Assembly (NCBI GenBank): GCA_019233055.1 | Contig: JAFAMV010000162.1 | Location: 3,306-67,305 of the forward strand | DNA: 64,000 nt | Source: Curvibacter sp. | GTDB lineage: Bacteria > Pseudomonadota > Gammaproteobacteria > Burkholderiales > Burkholderiaceae_C | Direction of reading: 5' to 3' | In this document: positions 1-9,860 of the stretch, one piece after another | How the letters are laid out: every line of letters begins with the position of its first letter | How positions within the stretch are numbered: the stretch's first letter is position 1 | Position numbers and translations under genes: made by a program | The notes under the pieces: generated by a model | The model's database searches: none | The model's input: only the letters and a program-made list of their open reading frames with translations | Told to the model about the DNA's origin: nothing

Positions 1-1491
1 GCGCGAAGACACCGCGCCCGGCAGCCCGGCCAGGTGCCGCAACACGCCCGGCACCGGCACCGCCATCGCATGCCCATGTCGGGTCACCGCCAGGCGGGTC
101 GCATGGCGCATCAGGTCGGGGTGCGGGGACCGGTACGCGGTCTGGATCTGTTCCAGCCAATGGGTCCAGGGTTGCTCGAGCAGTTGCCGGCGCGCCGCGC
201 CGGTGCTGCCCAGGGCGGTGTAGAAGCTCAGCACGGTGGGCCGGGGCCGAGGGTCCAGGCGCTGATGGCCGGCATCGACATAGCCCAGGTCGGCCTGGCC
301 GTAGAGCACGTTGTCCCAGGCGGGTGCCGCGCCGGGGCGGTCCTGCAGCGGCGCGGACAGGTGCAGGTTGGCCACCACCCAGGCCGCATGCTGCCAGCGC
401 CGGGCCGTGCCCAGGACCCAGTCGGGCGGTGCAGACAGCACGCGGGCCGCCACATGCACCGGCAGCGCCAGCACGCAATGGGCCGCCAGCCAGCGCTCCA
501 CCCGCCGGGCCGTGCAATCCCAACTGTCCACCAGCACGCCATGGCGCTGCGCCTCGATCCGCAGCACCACCCGCCCGGTGAAGAGCGGTCCGCTGCGGCC
601 CTGCTGCAGGGGCTCGGCCAGACGCGCGGCCAGCCAGCCATTGCCTTCGGGCCAGGTGAGGACGCCCGGGTCGTCGGCCTCCTCGTCGCCCGGCGCATGG
701 AAGCCATGGCGGCAGGCGAAATAGTGGATGCCGGCCCAGGCCGAGACCTGGGACGAGCCGCAGCCGTAGTCGTCACGGCAGCAGTAGTCGAGGTACCAGC
801 GCAGCTGGGGGTCGCTGAGGCCTTCGCGCTGCAGCCAGTCGTCGAAGGTCAGCGCGTCGAGGGCCAGGTGCAGCGGGGCCAGCGCCTGACCGGCCATGGG
901 CACCACGAAGCGCGCCTGCCGCTGGCACTCGCCGACGCGGCGGGCAAACAGCCGGTACTGGGCCAGGGTGGCGGGCCCCACATCCTGCTGGGGCAGCAGG
1001 CTGTCCTGCCAGCGGCCCTGGAAATACAGGCGCTCCTGCGGGCTGTGGCACAGGTGCAGCTCGTCGATCACCCAGCGGCCGGCTTCGCGCCGCCGCAGCC
1101 CCAGTTCCTCGAGCAGGGCCTGCACCTGGGGCGCATCGTCCGAAGGCACCGGCAGGTAGTGGGCCCCCATGGGGCAGGGCTGGCCGTCGAGCACCGTGCC
1201 GCGGCTGTTGCCGCCGGCCTGGTCCTCGAGTTCCAGCACCGCCAGGTCGTCGACCCCGCCCTGGCGCAACGCGCGGGCGGCCGCCAGACCGGCGATGCCT
1301 GCGCCCAGCACCAGGGCCCCGACCCGGCGCGACACCGCAGGCGCCGGCCAGCGCTGCGCCGGATCGCGCAGCAGATGGCCGCGCTCGAAGGCCATGCCCT
1401 GGAAGCCGCCCGGCAGCGCCGAGGCCGCCGGAGCGCAGGAGGAGAGCCAGGGCAGGCCCGCCGCGGCGGCCAGCCAGTCGCGCCGCTTCAT
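1..1491 (-). CDS. FAD-dependent oxidoreductase (flavin amine-oxidase-like) with signal-like N-terminus; 3' end runs off the window
   Basis: Absent from the ORF track because the frame has no stop inside the window. Reverse-strand ATG at 1491-1489 reads MKRRDWLAAAAGLPWLSSCAPAASA..., then GALVLGAGIAGLAAARALRQGGVDDLAVLELEDQAGGNSR (GxGxxG dinucleotide fold plus acidic residue and GG motif). I translated both ends by eye; the interior was not checked codon by codon. Confidence 0.7.
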   Translation of the reverse strand, partial: MKRRDWLAAAAGLPWLSSCAPAASALPGGFQGMAFERGHLLRDPAQRWPAPAVSRRVGALVLGAGIAGLAAARALRQGGVDDLAVLELEDQAGGNSRGTVLDGQPCPMGAHYLPVPSDDAPQVQALLEELGLRRREAGRWVIDELHLCHSPQERLYFQGRWQDSLLPQQDVGPATLAQYRLFARRVGECQRQARFVVPMAGQALAPLHLALDALTFDDWLQREGLSDPQLRWYLDYCCRDDYGCGSSQVSAWAGIHYFACRHGFHAPGDEEADDPGVLTWPEGNGWLAARLAEPLQQGRSGPLFTGRVVLRIEAQRHGVLVDSWDCTARRVERWLAAHCVLALPVHVAARVLSAPPDWVLGTARRWQHAAWVVANLHLSAPLQDRPGAAPAWDNVLYGQADLGYVDAGHQRLDPRPRPTVLSFYTALGSTGAARRQLLEQPWTHWLEQIQTAYRSPHPDLMRHATRLAVTRHGHAMAVPVPGVLRHLAGLPGAVSSR

Positions 1492-1528
1492 GGCCGGGAT
1501 CCTGGTCCGGGAGGCCGTGTCGAGCCCA

Positions 1529-3139
1529 TCAATGCGCCACCACCTGGCCCCACTCCTGCTCGTAGGTATGGACCAGGATCTGGTTGGACAGCCGGTTGAT
1601 GCCGGTGGGCACCGGTCCCATGTCCTGCGGGAAATCGAACAACAGGGGCAGGCTGCCGAGGTTCAGGAAACGCAGGCCCTCGGGCAGGGTGGCGGGCTGA
1701 TGCCAGGGACGGCGCCCGGCGATCACATAGCCCCATTCACCGAAGCTGGGCACATGGGCGTGGTAGGCGGTGGCCTGCAGGCCGGCAGCCTCGACGGTGT
1801 GGACGACGGTCCAGAAGCTCTTGCGCGCCACCAGGGGCGAGGTGGTCTGGATCACCGCATAGCCGCTGGCCGCCAGGCGCTGGTCGAGCAGGGCGTAGAA
1901 GGACTGGGTGTAGAGCTTGCCGATGGCGAAGTTGGTGGGATCGGGAAAGTCGACCACGATCACATCGAAGCTGTCGGCCTCGCTCTGCAGCCACTGGAAG
2001 GCATCGGCATTGACGACCTTGACGCGCGGATCCAGCAGCGCGCTGTGGTTGAGCCCCAGCAGTTCGGGGCGGGTGCTGAACAGGCGGGTCATCTCGGGAT
2101 CGAGTTCGACCAGGGTGACCTGCTGCACGCTCGGGTATTTGAGGATCTCGCGCACCGCCATGCCGTCACCCCCGCCCAGCACCGCCACCCGCTGGGGGTG
2201 GCCGTGGGCGGCCATCACCGGATGCACCAGGGCTTCGTGGTAGCGGTATTCGTCGCGCTCGGCGAATTGCAGGTTGCCATTGAGAAAGAGCCGGTAGCCC
2301 TGCCGCCCGCGGGTGACCACGATGCGCTGGTAGGGCGTGCTGACGCCGAGCACCACCCGGTCCTGGTAGAACTTGTCCTCGGCCAGGCTGGTGATGCGGT
2401 CGGCCCCGATCGCCCCGGCCAGCAAGGCGATCAGCACCCCGGCACAGGCCAGGGCATGGGCACGCAGCCGGCGCAGCTCATGCCGGAACAGCCACAGGGC
2501 CCACAGCGCCACGCAGGCGTTCAGGAAACCGAACAGCAGGCCGGTGCGGATCAGCCCCAGATACGGCAGCAGCAGCAGCGGAAAGGCCAGCGACACCACC
2601 AGGGCGCCGAGGTAGTCGAAGGTCAGCACCTGAGACACCAGCTGCTTGAACTGGATCTGGCGCTTCAGGATGCGCATCACCAGCGGGATCTCCAGGCCGA
2701 CCAGGCTGCCGACGGCCAGCACCATCAGGTACAGCAGCAGCTGGAAGGCCGTGGGCAGGTAGGCGCTGGCCAGGAACAGCACCGCCGGCATGGCGCCGCC
2801 CACGCAGGCCACCAGCAGCTCGATGCGCAGGAAATGCGCCGGCAACTGGCGCTCCAGGTAGCGCGAGGCCCAGCTGCCCAGCCCCATGGCGAACAGATAG
2901 GTGCCGATGATGGTGGAGAACTGCAGCACCGAATCGCCCAGCAGGTAGGACGCCAGCGTGCCGGCCGCCAGTTCGTAGAGCAGGCCGCAGGCGGCGATCA
3001 GGAAGACGCTGGCCAGCAGGGCCAGCTCGATCGGCCGGGGGCCGGCAGCCAGGGACGCAGACGCATGCGCATGGGGCGTGCTGCGCCAGACGACATCGGA
3101 CACCTCGGTCGGGGTGGCGGGTTCAGGACGAAGGCTCAA
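1529..3139 (-). CDS. membrane-anchored polyamine aminopropyltransferase (spermidine/spermine synthase-like)
   Basis: 536-aa ORF. The N-terminal half is multi-TM (LLYELAAGTLASYLLGDSVLQFSTIIGTYLFAMGLG...). The C-terminal half carries SpeE-type motifs VLGGGDGMAVREILKY and VIVVDFPDP. Confidence 0.85.
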   Translation of the reverse strand: MSLRPEPATPTEVSDVVWRSTPHAHASASLAAGPRPIELALLASVFLIAACGLLYELAAGTLASYLLGDSVLQFSTIIGTYLFAMGLGSWASRYLERQLPAHFLRIELLVACVGGAMPAVLFLASAYLPTAFQLLLYLMVLAVGSLVGLEIPLVMRILKRQIQFKQLVSQVLTFDYLGALVVSLAFPLLLLPYLGLIRTGLLFGFLNACVALWALWLFRHELRRLRAHALACAGVLIALLAGAIGADRITSLAEDKFYQDRVVLGVSTPYQRIVVTRGRQGYRLFLNGNLQFAERDEYRYHEALVHPVMAAHGHPQRVAVLGGGDGMAVREILKYPSVQQVTLVELDPEMTRLFSTRPELLGLNHSALLDPRVKVVNADAFQWLQSEADSFDVIVVDFPDPTNFAIGKLYTQSFYALLDQRLAASGYAVIQTTSPLVARKSFWTVVHTVEAAGLQATAYHAHVPSFGEWGYVIAGRRPWHQPATLPEGLRFLNLGSLPLLFDFPQDMGPVPTGINRLSNQILVHTYEQEWGQVVAH

Positions 3140-3210
3140 GACGGATCACAAGACAAAAAAACGGACGGAGCGACCGGAGTCCACCCCGCAGACAGACCAC
3201 GGACCGGTTC

Positions 3211-3432
3211 TCAGCCGTGGATGGCTGCGGCCACGATGATGCAGATGCCCAGCGACATGGCGGCCACCACCAGGCCCAGGGCGAGGTTCTGCTTCTCGAC
3301 CAGCTCATGCCACAACTCGTAGGGCGTGAGCCGGTCGATCAGCACGAAGCAGATCCAGAAGACCCCCACGCCCACCAGGGCGAAGAGCAGGGAGGTCAGC
3401 AATGCGTCTGCGTGAAGCCATTCAGGTCCCAT
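3211..3432 (-). CDS. DUF350 (YjfL-like) small membrane protein
   Basis: 73 aa with two hydrophobic helices flanking LTPYELWHELVEKQNLALGLVVAAMSLGICIIVAAAI, the pattern typical of DUF350. Confidence 0.75.
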   Translation of the reverse strand: MGPEWLHADALLTSLLFALVGVGVFWICFVLIDRLTPYELWHELVEKQNLALGLVVAAMSLGICIIVAAAIHG

Positions 3433-3456
3433 GGGAATCTCCTTCAGAAATAGGTT

Positions 3457-4944
3457 TCATTTGTGGCCGCCCCCTGTCGAGAAGCCGCCATACGAACCGC
3501 CGGCACTGCGAAAACCCGTTGAATTGCAGTTCTCCACGGTCGGATCGCAGCTGGAACTGCGGATGAGCAGGTAGACCACCAGCACGATGAACAGGGCAAT
3601 GAGGAATTGCGTCAGGCAGCCCATGCGACGCAATGCGCCCAGGGGCGCCACATCGCCACGCTGGAACAGGCCCGGGTCGGCCTGCAGCTTGAACGCCTGC
3701 TGCACCAGCGAGGCCTCGATCTGGCTGCCCGCCGACCAGGTGACCTCGTTGAGCGCCTGCTCGCGCGACAGCAGGTAGCGCGCATTGGCGAAGTCGTCAT
3801 TGACGGTCTTCTGCCCCCGCGACACCGGCCAGTAGAACTCGCCGCAGGCATAGCTGGTCTCGGCGTTGTAGCTGTACTTGAGCGTGTAGGTGCTGCCCAG
3901 GTAGCTGGCGCTGCGCCCGCCGGACGCCAGCTTGGGCGCCCCCGTGGCGGGACGCACCAGGCTCCAGCCCTCCTCGGAGTCGACGAGGAAGCTGAAACCC
4001 CGCTGGCGGTTGAAGAGCAGGTACTCGCTCCAGCCGAACAGCTCGTCGTCCCCGGGCACCCGCCCCATGCGGTGCTGGAAACCCACCACCTGCCACTCGA
4101 CGCCCTGCAGGCTGCCCGTCGACCCCAGGGGGATGAGGGGCGCCACCGGCTCGTCCTGCAGCGCATGGCGCAATTCACCGCCCAGGCCCTGGGACACGTC
4201 GATGAGGGTGTTGCACGAACGGCAGCTCAGCGTCTTGGTGTTGGCCAGCGTGATCTCGACGGCCGCGCCGCAGTGCGGGCAGTTGAACTGCCGACCCACC
4301 TCGTCCTTGACCGATTCCTGCTTCAGACCGCTGAGCTGCAGAGACTCGAGCAGCACTTCCCGGCCCGCCGACACCGCAGGCGGCGTGCTGCTGTAGTCGA
4401 TGCTGAGCACCTCGCCGCTGTCGCTGCGCAGCTCGACCAGGCCGAAGGGAAAGCCCAGCGGCGGCAGCTTGGGCAGCTCCCCCTGGGCGGCGATCAGGCT
4501 CACCTGGTCGCTGAAGGCCACGCTGTAGGGCTGGCCATTGATGGCGGTGCCCGCCCCGACGCGGAACACCGAGGCGGCAGGGATGTCGCGGCTGACCGGG
4601 CGGGGCCGGCACAGCACATAGGCCCCGTTGTCTTCGCCGAGAAAGGCCTGGCTGCCGTCATCGAACAGCGCGATCCACTCGGTCCAGACGCCGGCCGCCG
4701 ATTTGTATTGCAGCCGCCCGATGAGGGTGAAGGCCTTGCCCTCAACCCGCCCGCTGGCCATCAGCTGCAACGGGCTGTGGTCATCGAACAGCTCGGCCAT
4801 CTTGCCGACGCGGCTCAGCACCTCGCCCTGCCGCACCACGGTGCTCTGGCAGTAGGGGCAGACCGCGTGCGTCGACTGGGCGCTGCGGAACTCAACCGGG
4901 GCACCGCAGCCCGGACAGGGGGCGCGGTAGAAGCGTTCGGTCAC
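3457..4944 (-). CDS. DUF4178-type protein with two zinc-ribbon-like CxxC pairs and a C-terminal TM helix
   Basis: 495 aa. Contains CPGCGAPVEF...CPYCQSTV and CPHCGAAVEI...CRSCNTLID, repeated beta-rich modules, the TM helix LTQFLIALFIVLVVYLLI and a Gly/Ser-rich tail. Confidence 0.7.
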   Translation of the reverse strand: MTERFYRAPCPGCGAPVEFRSAQSTHAVCPYCQSTVVRQGEVLSRVGKMAELFDDHSPLQLMASGRVEGKAFTLIGRLQYKSAAGVWTEWIALFDDGSQAFLGEDNGAYVLCRPRPVSRDIPAASVFRVGAGTAINGQPYSVAFSDQVSLIAAQGELPKLPPLGFPFGLVELRSDSGEVLSIDYSSTPPAVSAGREVLLESLQLSGLKQESVKDEVGRQFNCPHCGAAVEITLANTKTLSCRSCNTLIDVSQGLGGELRHALQDEPVAPLIPLGSTGSLQGVEWQVVGFQHRMGRVPGDDELFGWSEYLLFNRQRGFSFLVDSEEGWSLVRPATGAPKLASGGRSASYLGSTYTLKYSYNAETSYACGEFYWPVSRGQKTVNDDFANARYLLSREQALNEVTWSAGSQIEASLVQQAFKLQADPGLFQRGDVAPLGALRRMGCLTQFLIALFIVLVVYLLIRSSSCDPTVENCNSTGFRSAGGSYGGFSTGGGHK

Positions 4945-4968
4945 GTGGGATCAGGCGAGGCCGTCGGC

Positions 4969-5994
4969 TCAGACCAGCTTCTTCAGCAACTCGGTCTTCT
5001 TGGCATCGAACTCTTCGGCGGTCAGGATGCCCTTGGTCTTGAGGTCGGCCAGCTTCTCGAGGGTGGCCATCACCTCCTCGGGCTTCACGCCCGCCGGTGC
5101 CGCAGGCGCTGCCGCGCCCGCCAGGCCGGCCGACAGGTTCTGCGCCAGCACCTGGCCCAGGGCCACACCGGCGCCCAGCCCCATGGCGTCGCCCGCCACA
5201 CCGCCGCCCTGCCCCACCCCCTCGGCCAGCTTGGGGATGGCCTGGGCGGTCTGGTACTGCATGAACTGGCCCATGTTCTGGCCCACCATGCCGATGCCGA
5301 TCTTCTGGTCGAGCACCTTCTGCAGATCCTCGGGCAGCGAGATGTTCTGCACCGTCAAGGCCTCGAGCTGCAGCCCGAGGCGGGCGAATTCGGGGGCCAG
5401 CTGGGCGCTCAAGGCCTCGGCCAGACCCTGCTGGCGGGCCGCCAGGTCGAGGAAAGGCACGCCGCTGGCGGCAATCGCATTGCTGATGTTCTGCAGCACC
5501 AGACCGCGCAACTGGCCTTCCAGGTCACCCACCGCATAACGTTCGCGGGTGCCCGAGATCTCGGTGTGGAAGCGCCGGGCGTCGGCCACGCGGAAGGCAT
5601 AGTTGCCGAAGGCCCGCAGGCGGATGGCGCCGAAATCCTGGTCGCGGATGGTCACCGGCTGGGGGGTGCCCCAGCGTTGGTCGACCTGCTGGCGCGTGCT
5701 GAAGAAATAGACATCGCTCTTGAACGGCGACTGGAACAGCTTGTCCCAGTTCTTCAGATTGGTCAGCAGCGGCAGGGTCTGGGTGCTGAGCTTGTGGGTG
5801 CCGGGGCCGAACACGTCGGCCACCTGGCCCTCGTTGACGAAGATCGCCACCTGCGACTCGCGCACGATCAGCACGCCGCCGTTCTGGATCTCCATGTCGG
5901 CCATGGGAAAGCGCCAGGCCAGGGTGCCATCGCCGTCCTCGGTCCACTGAATGACGTCAATGAACTGCTTCTTGATGAAATCCATCAGTCCCAT
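4969..5994 (-). CDS. SPFH/Band-7 family protein (YdjI-like, 'virion core protein' type) with C-terminal SHOCT-like domain
   Basis: 341 aa. The N-terminus MGLMDFIKKQFIDVIQWTEDGDG...LIVRESQVAIFVNEGQ is typical of YdjI-type SPFH proteins. The C-terminus KLADLKTKGILTAEEFDAKKTELLKKL is SHOCT-like. Confidence 0.8.
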   Translation of the reverse strand: MGLMDFIKKQFIDVIQWTEDGDGTLAWRFPMADMEIQNGGVLIVRESQVAIFVNEGQVADVFGPGTHKLSTQTLPLLTNLKNWDKLFQSPFKSDVYFFSTRQQVDQRWGTPQPVTIRDQDFGAIRLRAFGNYAFRVADARRFHTEISGTRERYAVGDLEGQLRGLVLQNISNAIAASGVPFLDLAARQQGLAEALSAQLAPEFARLGLQLEALTVQNISLPEDLQKVLDQKIGIGMVGQNMGQFMQYQTAQAIPKLAEGVGQGGGVAGDAMGLGAGVALGQVLAQNLSAGLAGAAAPAAPAGVKPEEVMATLEKLADLKTKGILTAEEFDAKKTELLKKLV

Positions 5995-6117
5995 GGCTTC
6001 CTCCTGCTCGGTGTCGGATGGATCGGGATGATACCTGGGGCCCGGGGCGCCGGCCCGGCTTTGCGCCCCAGGCGTGGGCGCGCCGCCACAGCGGCGACAG
6101 CGGCAGCAGTCCGGCGC

Positions 6118-6417
6118 TCAGGCCTGGACGCTGAGCAGGCTGCCCATCATCTGGTCCTGCGTCTGGATGGTCTGGAGGTTGGCCTTGTAGCTGTAGCTGG
6201 CCGACATCTGATTGACCAGGTCCTGCGCCAGATTGCTGCCGGCCACCGGATCGCTCGTGATGCTGGCACTCGTGCCGCCGTTCGGATCGGCCTGCTGGTT
6301 CACCACCTCGCGGTGGTAGCCGTCGGTATTGAGATTCGCGATGTTGTTGGCGGCCGCGTTGAGCTGCAGCTGGGAAGCCTGCAGGCCCGATAGGCCGATG
6401 GCACTGATGCTGGACAT
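6118..6417 (-). CDS. minimal flagellar basal-body-rod-family protein (N- and C-terminal rod motifs only)
   Basis: 99 aa. AANNIANLNTDGY fits the rod-protein N-terminal signature (N-N-[LIVM]-[SA]-N-x-x-[TSV]-x-G-[FY]). The C-terminus DLVNQMSASYSYKANLQTIQTQDQMMGSLLSV resembles the rod C-terminal helix (EMVN.I.AQRAY.AN.K.I.T.D.M...LL). No other flagellar genes lie nearby. Confidence 0.65.
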   Translation of the reverse strand: MSSISAIGLSGLQASQLQLNAAANNIANLNTDGYHREVVNQQADPNGGTSASITSDPVAGSNLAQDLVNQMSASYSYKANLQTIQTQDQMMGSLLSVQA

Positions 6418-6474
6418 GGCAACGCCCCGGTACGAAGGAAGTCCCTCGATTATCGTCGCATGCCTTCTCTTTGC

Positions 6475-6499
6475 AAAACGGCGGCCGTCAAGTCCGCCG
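6475..6499 (-). terminator. possible rho-independent terminator after the OmpA-like gene
   Basis: On the minus strand, CGGCGG-9 nt-CCGCCG is followed by TTTTGCAAAG. The stem is short (6 bp, all GC). Confidence 0.35.
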
Positions 6500-6518
6500 G
6501 GTCAGCAGAGTTGCCAGC

Positions 6519-7001
6519 TCATCTGATCTGGACCGTGACCGCGTGCCGGGCTTCCGTGGTCACATATTTGACGCGGATGTTCTTGGCCGCCACACCCAGA
6601 CGCAGCAACTCGCTGCGCACCGCCAGCGCACGCGCCAGGGCCACCTGCCGTGCGTTCTTGGGCGCATCCTGTCGGTTGCAGTAGCCGACGACCTCCAGAT
6701 GCGGCGCCTGCACCAGCGTCGGCGCCACCTCGGCCAGCAAGGCCAGGGTGTCGTCCGACAGCCGGGTGTTCTGGGGTTCGAACTCGGCCACGGTCCCGTC
6801 CTCCGGCAGGTGCCGGGGTGCGGGTGCGGCAGGGGCCGCCGGCGCCGGCGCCGCGGCGGGCGCGGCCGCTGCGGACTGACCGGCAGAGCCAGCCCCGGCC
6901 TCCGGCGCACCGGCCTGGGTGGAATCGGGCGGATTGGCAGCGCAGCCGACCAGGGACGCCGCCAGCAGGACCGTACTCAATGCAACACACTTCAAGGACA
7001 T
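6519..7001 (-). CDS. OmpA/MotB-like peptidoglycan-binding lipoprotein
   Basis: 160 aa. It has a signal peptide with the lipobox LVGC, an Ala/Pro-rich linker and a C-terminal OmpA-like segment (VVGYCNRQDAPKNARQVALARALAVRSELLRLGV). Confidence 0.75.
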   Translation of the reverse strand: MSLKCVALSTVLLAASLVGCAANPPDSTQAGAPEAGAGSAGQSAAAAPAAAPAPAAPAAPAPRHLPEDGTVAEFEPQNTRLSDDTLALLAEVAPTLVQAPHLEVVGYCNRQDAPKNARQVALARALAVRSELLRLGVAAKNIRVKYVTTEARHAVTVQIR

Positions 7002-7508
7002 GGGAAGAACTCACAGATAAAGAAAAGAAGCAGATCGGGCCCGCCCCCGGCAGGACGGCAGAGGTACAGAGGTGCACGAAGAAGGCACCAGAAGACTTCT
7101 CCAGGCACATTCTGCCCAAGCCCCATCCTGCGCCGCCAGCACCGCAAAGGGCGTAACGCCTTGCAGTGTCGTCACGATTTGTGAGAAGTTTGCGTCAATT
7201 CTGCTGTTTTATGAAGTTTTGATCCATTTCCCGCCCGCCAGCCCCAGGAGCAGGCTCGGCAGCGAGGGCGCGGCATCCGGGTCAGTGCGATTGCATTGCC
7301 GCAGGACGGCGATCCACAATCGTTGCGCCGCTTTCCGTCGCATCTGGAGCCTTCACGCAAAAGTCAAAACCGATTCACCCATTTACGCAGATTCACCTAC
7401 TAGGGTTTTCCCCGTGTAGCGGTCTACAATCGCGAACCCTTGCGAGACGCATGGCCCGCCGCTGGTGTGCGGAACCCGTCTGGCAAGCCAGCAAGCAGGA
7501 GACACTTG

Positions 7509-9821
7509 ATGCCCCACAACACCCAGGTCAACAAAGAAGAAAAACGTGCCGAACTGCGCCGCGCCGCGCTCGAATACCACGAGTTCCCGACCCCCGGCAA
7601 GGTGGCCATCGCCGCCACCAAGCAACTGGTCAACCAGCACGATCTGGCCCTGGCCTACTCGCCCGGGGTGGCCGCGCCCTGCGAAGAGATCGTCCGTGAT
7701 CCGAACACCGCCTTCAAATACACCAGCCGCGGCAACCTGGTGGCCGTGATCACCAACGGCACCGCCGTGCTGGGCCTGGGCAACATCGGCCCGCTGGCCG
7801 CCAAGCCGGTCATGGAAGGCAAGGGCGTGCTGTTCAAGAAGTTCGCCGGCATCGACGTCTTCGACATCGAGATCGACGAACAGAAAGACCTGGACAAGCT
7901 GGTCGACATCATCGCGGCCCTGGAGCCCACCTTCGGCGGCATCAACCTCGAAGACATCAAGGCCCCCGATTGCTTCTACGTCGAGCGCAAGCTGCGCGAA
8001 CGCATGAAGATCCCAGTCTTCCACGATGACCAGCACGGCACCGCCATCGTGGTGGGCGCCGCCCTGCTCAACGGCCTCAAGGTGGTGGGCAAGGACCTGA
8101 AGAAGGTCAAGCTGGTGACCTCGGGCGCCGGCGCCGCCGCCCTGGCCTGCCTGGGCCTGCTGCTCAAGCTCGGCCTGCCGCGCGAGAACATCTACGTCAC
8201 CGACCTGGCCGGCGTGGTCTACGAAGGCCGCACCGAGCTGATGGACGAGGACAAGATCCAGTTCGCCCAGAAGACCGACGCCCGCACCCTGTCCGACATC
8301 ATCGAGGGCGCCGACGTGTTCCTGGGCCTGTCCGCCGGCGGCGTGCTCAAGCAGGAAATGGTCGCCAAGATGGCGGCCAAGCCGCTGATCTTCGCCCTGG
8401 CCAATCCGAACCCGGAGATCAACCCCGAGGACGTCAAGGCGGTGCGCGACGACGCCATCATGGCCACCGGCCGCACCGACTACCCGAACCAGGTCAACAA
8501 CGTCCTGTGCTTCCCCTACATCTTCCGCGGCGCCCTCGACGCCGGGGCCTCGACGATCAATGACGCGATGGAGATCGCTGCGGTGCATGCCATCGCCGAA
8601 CTGGCCCAGGCCGAGCAGAGCGAAGTGGTGGCCGCCGCCTACGCCGGCCAGCCCCTGGCCTTCGGCCCGGAGTACCTGATCCCCAAGCCCTTCGACCCGC
8701 GCCTGATGATGATGATTGCGCCGGCCGTGGCCAAGGCGGCCGCCGACAGCGGCGTCGCCCAGCGTCCGATCCAGGACATGGAAGCCTACCGCGAGAAGCT
8801 GCAGAGCTTCGTCTACGCCTCGGGCACGACCATGAAGCCGATCTTCACCGCCGCGCGCAACGCCGCCAAGAAGCGGGTGGCCTATGCGGAAGGTGAAGAG
8901 GAACGCGTGCTGCGCGCGGCCCAGATCGTGGTCGACGAGAACATCGCCCGCCCGACCCTGATCGGCCGCCCGCCCATCATCGCCGAGCGCATCGAGAAAT
9001 TCGGCCTGCGCCTGCAGGAGGGCCGCGACTACGACGTGGTCAACGTCGAGCAGGACCACCGCTACCGCGACTTCTGGCAGACCTACCACCGCCTGACCGA
9101 GCGCAAGGGCATCACCGCCCCAATCGCCAAGATCGAGATGCGCCGCCGTCTGTCCCTGATCGGCGCAATGCTGCTGCACAAGGGCGACGTCGACGGCATG
9201 ATCTGCGGCACCTGGGGCACCAACCCCATGCACCTGAACTACATCGATCAGGTGGTGGGCAAGCGCGCCGGCGCCAACACCTATGCCTGCATGAACGGCC
9301 TGCTGCTGCCCGACCGGCAGGTCTTCCTGGTCGACACCCATGTCAACTACGACCCGACCGCCGAGCAGCTGTGCGAGATCACCATCATGGCAGCCGAGGA
9401 GATGATGCGCTTCGGCATCAAGCCCAAGGCCGCCCTGCTCTCGCACTCCAACTTCGGCAGCAGCAACCAGCCCAGCGCGGTGAAGATGCGCCAGACACTG
9501 GAGCTGCTGCAGGTCCAGGCCCCGTGGCTCGAAGTCGACGGAGAGATGCATGGCGACGTGGCCCTGGATGGTGCAGCCCGGGCCGCCCTGATGCCCCACA
9601 GCGCACTGCAGGGCAGCGCCAATCTACTGGTCCTGCCCAACATCGACGCGGCCAATATCTCGTACAACCTGCTCAAGACAGCCGCCGGCGGCAACATCGC
9701 GATCGGCCCGGTGCTGCTCGGCGCGGCACAACCTGTGCATATCCTCACGGCCAGCACCACCGTGCGCCGGATCGTGAACATGACAGCCTTGACAGTTGCC
9801 GATGCGAACGCCAGCCGGTAA
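7509..9821 (+). CDS. maeB: NADP-dependent malic enzyme (malic enzyme fused to a phosphotransacetylase-like domain)
   Basis: [21 protein letters not shown]...AYSPGVA...[26 protein letters not shown] are classic MaeB motifs. Start moved to the ATG at 7509, which is preceded by AGGAG. Confidence 0.95.
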   Translation: MPHNTQVNKEEKRAELRRAALEYHEFPTPGKVAIAATKQLVNQHDLALAYSPGVAAPCEEIVRDPNTAFKYTSRGNLVAVITNGTAVLGLGNIGPLAAKPVMEGKGVLFKKFAGIDVFDIEIDEQKDLDKLVDIIAALEPTFGGINLEDIKAPDCFYVERKLRERMKIPVFHDDQHGTAIVVGAALLNGLKVVGKDLKKVKLVTSGAGAAALACLGLLLKLGLPRENIYVTDLAGVVYEGRTELMDEDKIQFAQKTDARTLSDIIEGADVFLGLSAGGVLKQEMVAKMAAKPLIFALANPNPEINPEDVKAVRDDAIMATGRTDYPNQVNNVLCFPYIFRGALDAGASTINDAMEIAAVHAIAELAQAEQSEVVAAAYAGQPLAFGPEYLIPKPFDPRLMMMIAPAVAKAAADSGVAQRPIQDMEAYREKLQSFVYASGTTMKPIFTAARNAAKKRVAYAEGEEERVLRAAQIVVDENIARPTLIGRPPIIAERIEKFGLRLQEGRDYDVVNVEQDHRYRDFWQTYHRLTERKGITAPIAKIEMRRRLSLIGAMLLHKGDVDGMICGTWGTNPMHLNYIDQVVGKRAGANTYACMNGLLLPDRQVFLVDTHVNYDPTAEQLCEITIMAAEEMMRFGIKPKAALLSHSNFGSSNQPSAVKMRQTLELLQVQAPWLEVDGEMHGDVALDGAARAALMPHSALQGSANLLVLPNIDAANISYNLLKTAAGGNIAIGPVLLGAAQPVHILTASTTVRRIVNMTALTVADANASR

Positions 9822-9860
9822 GGAATTGAAGATTAGCAAGCGCTAACTTATCCACCTGTC

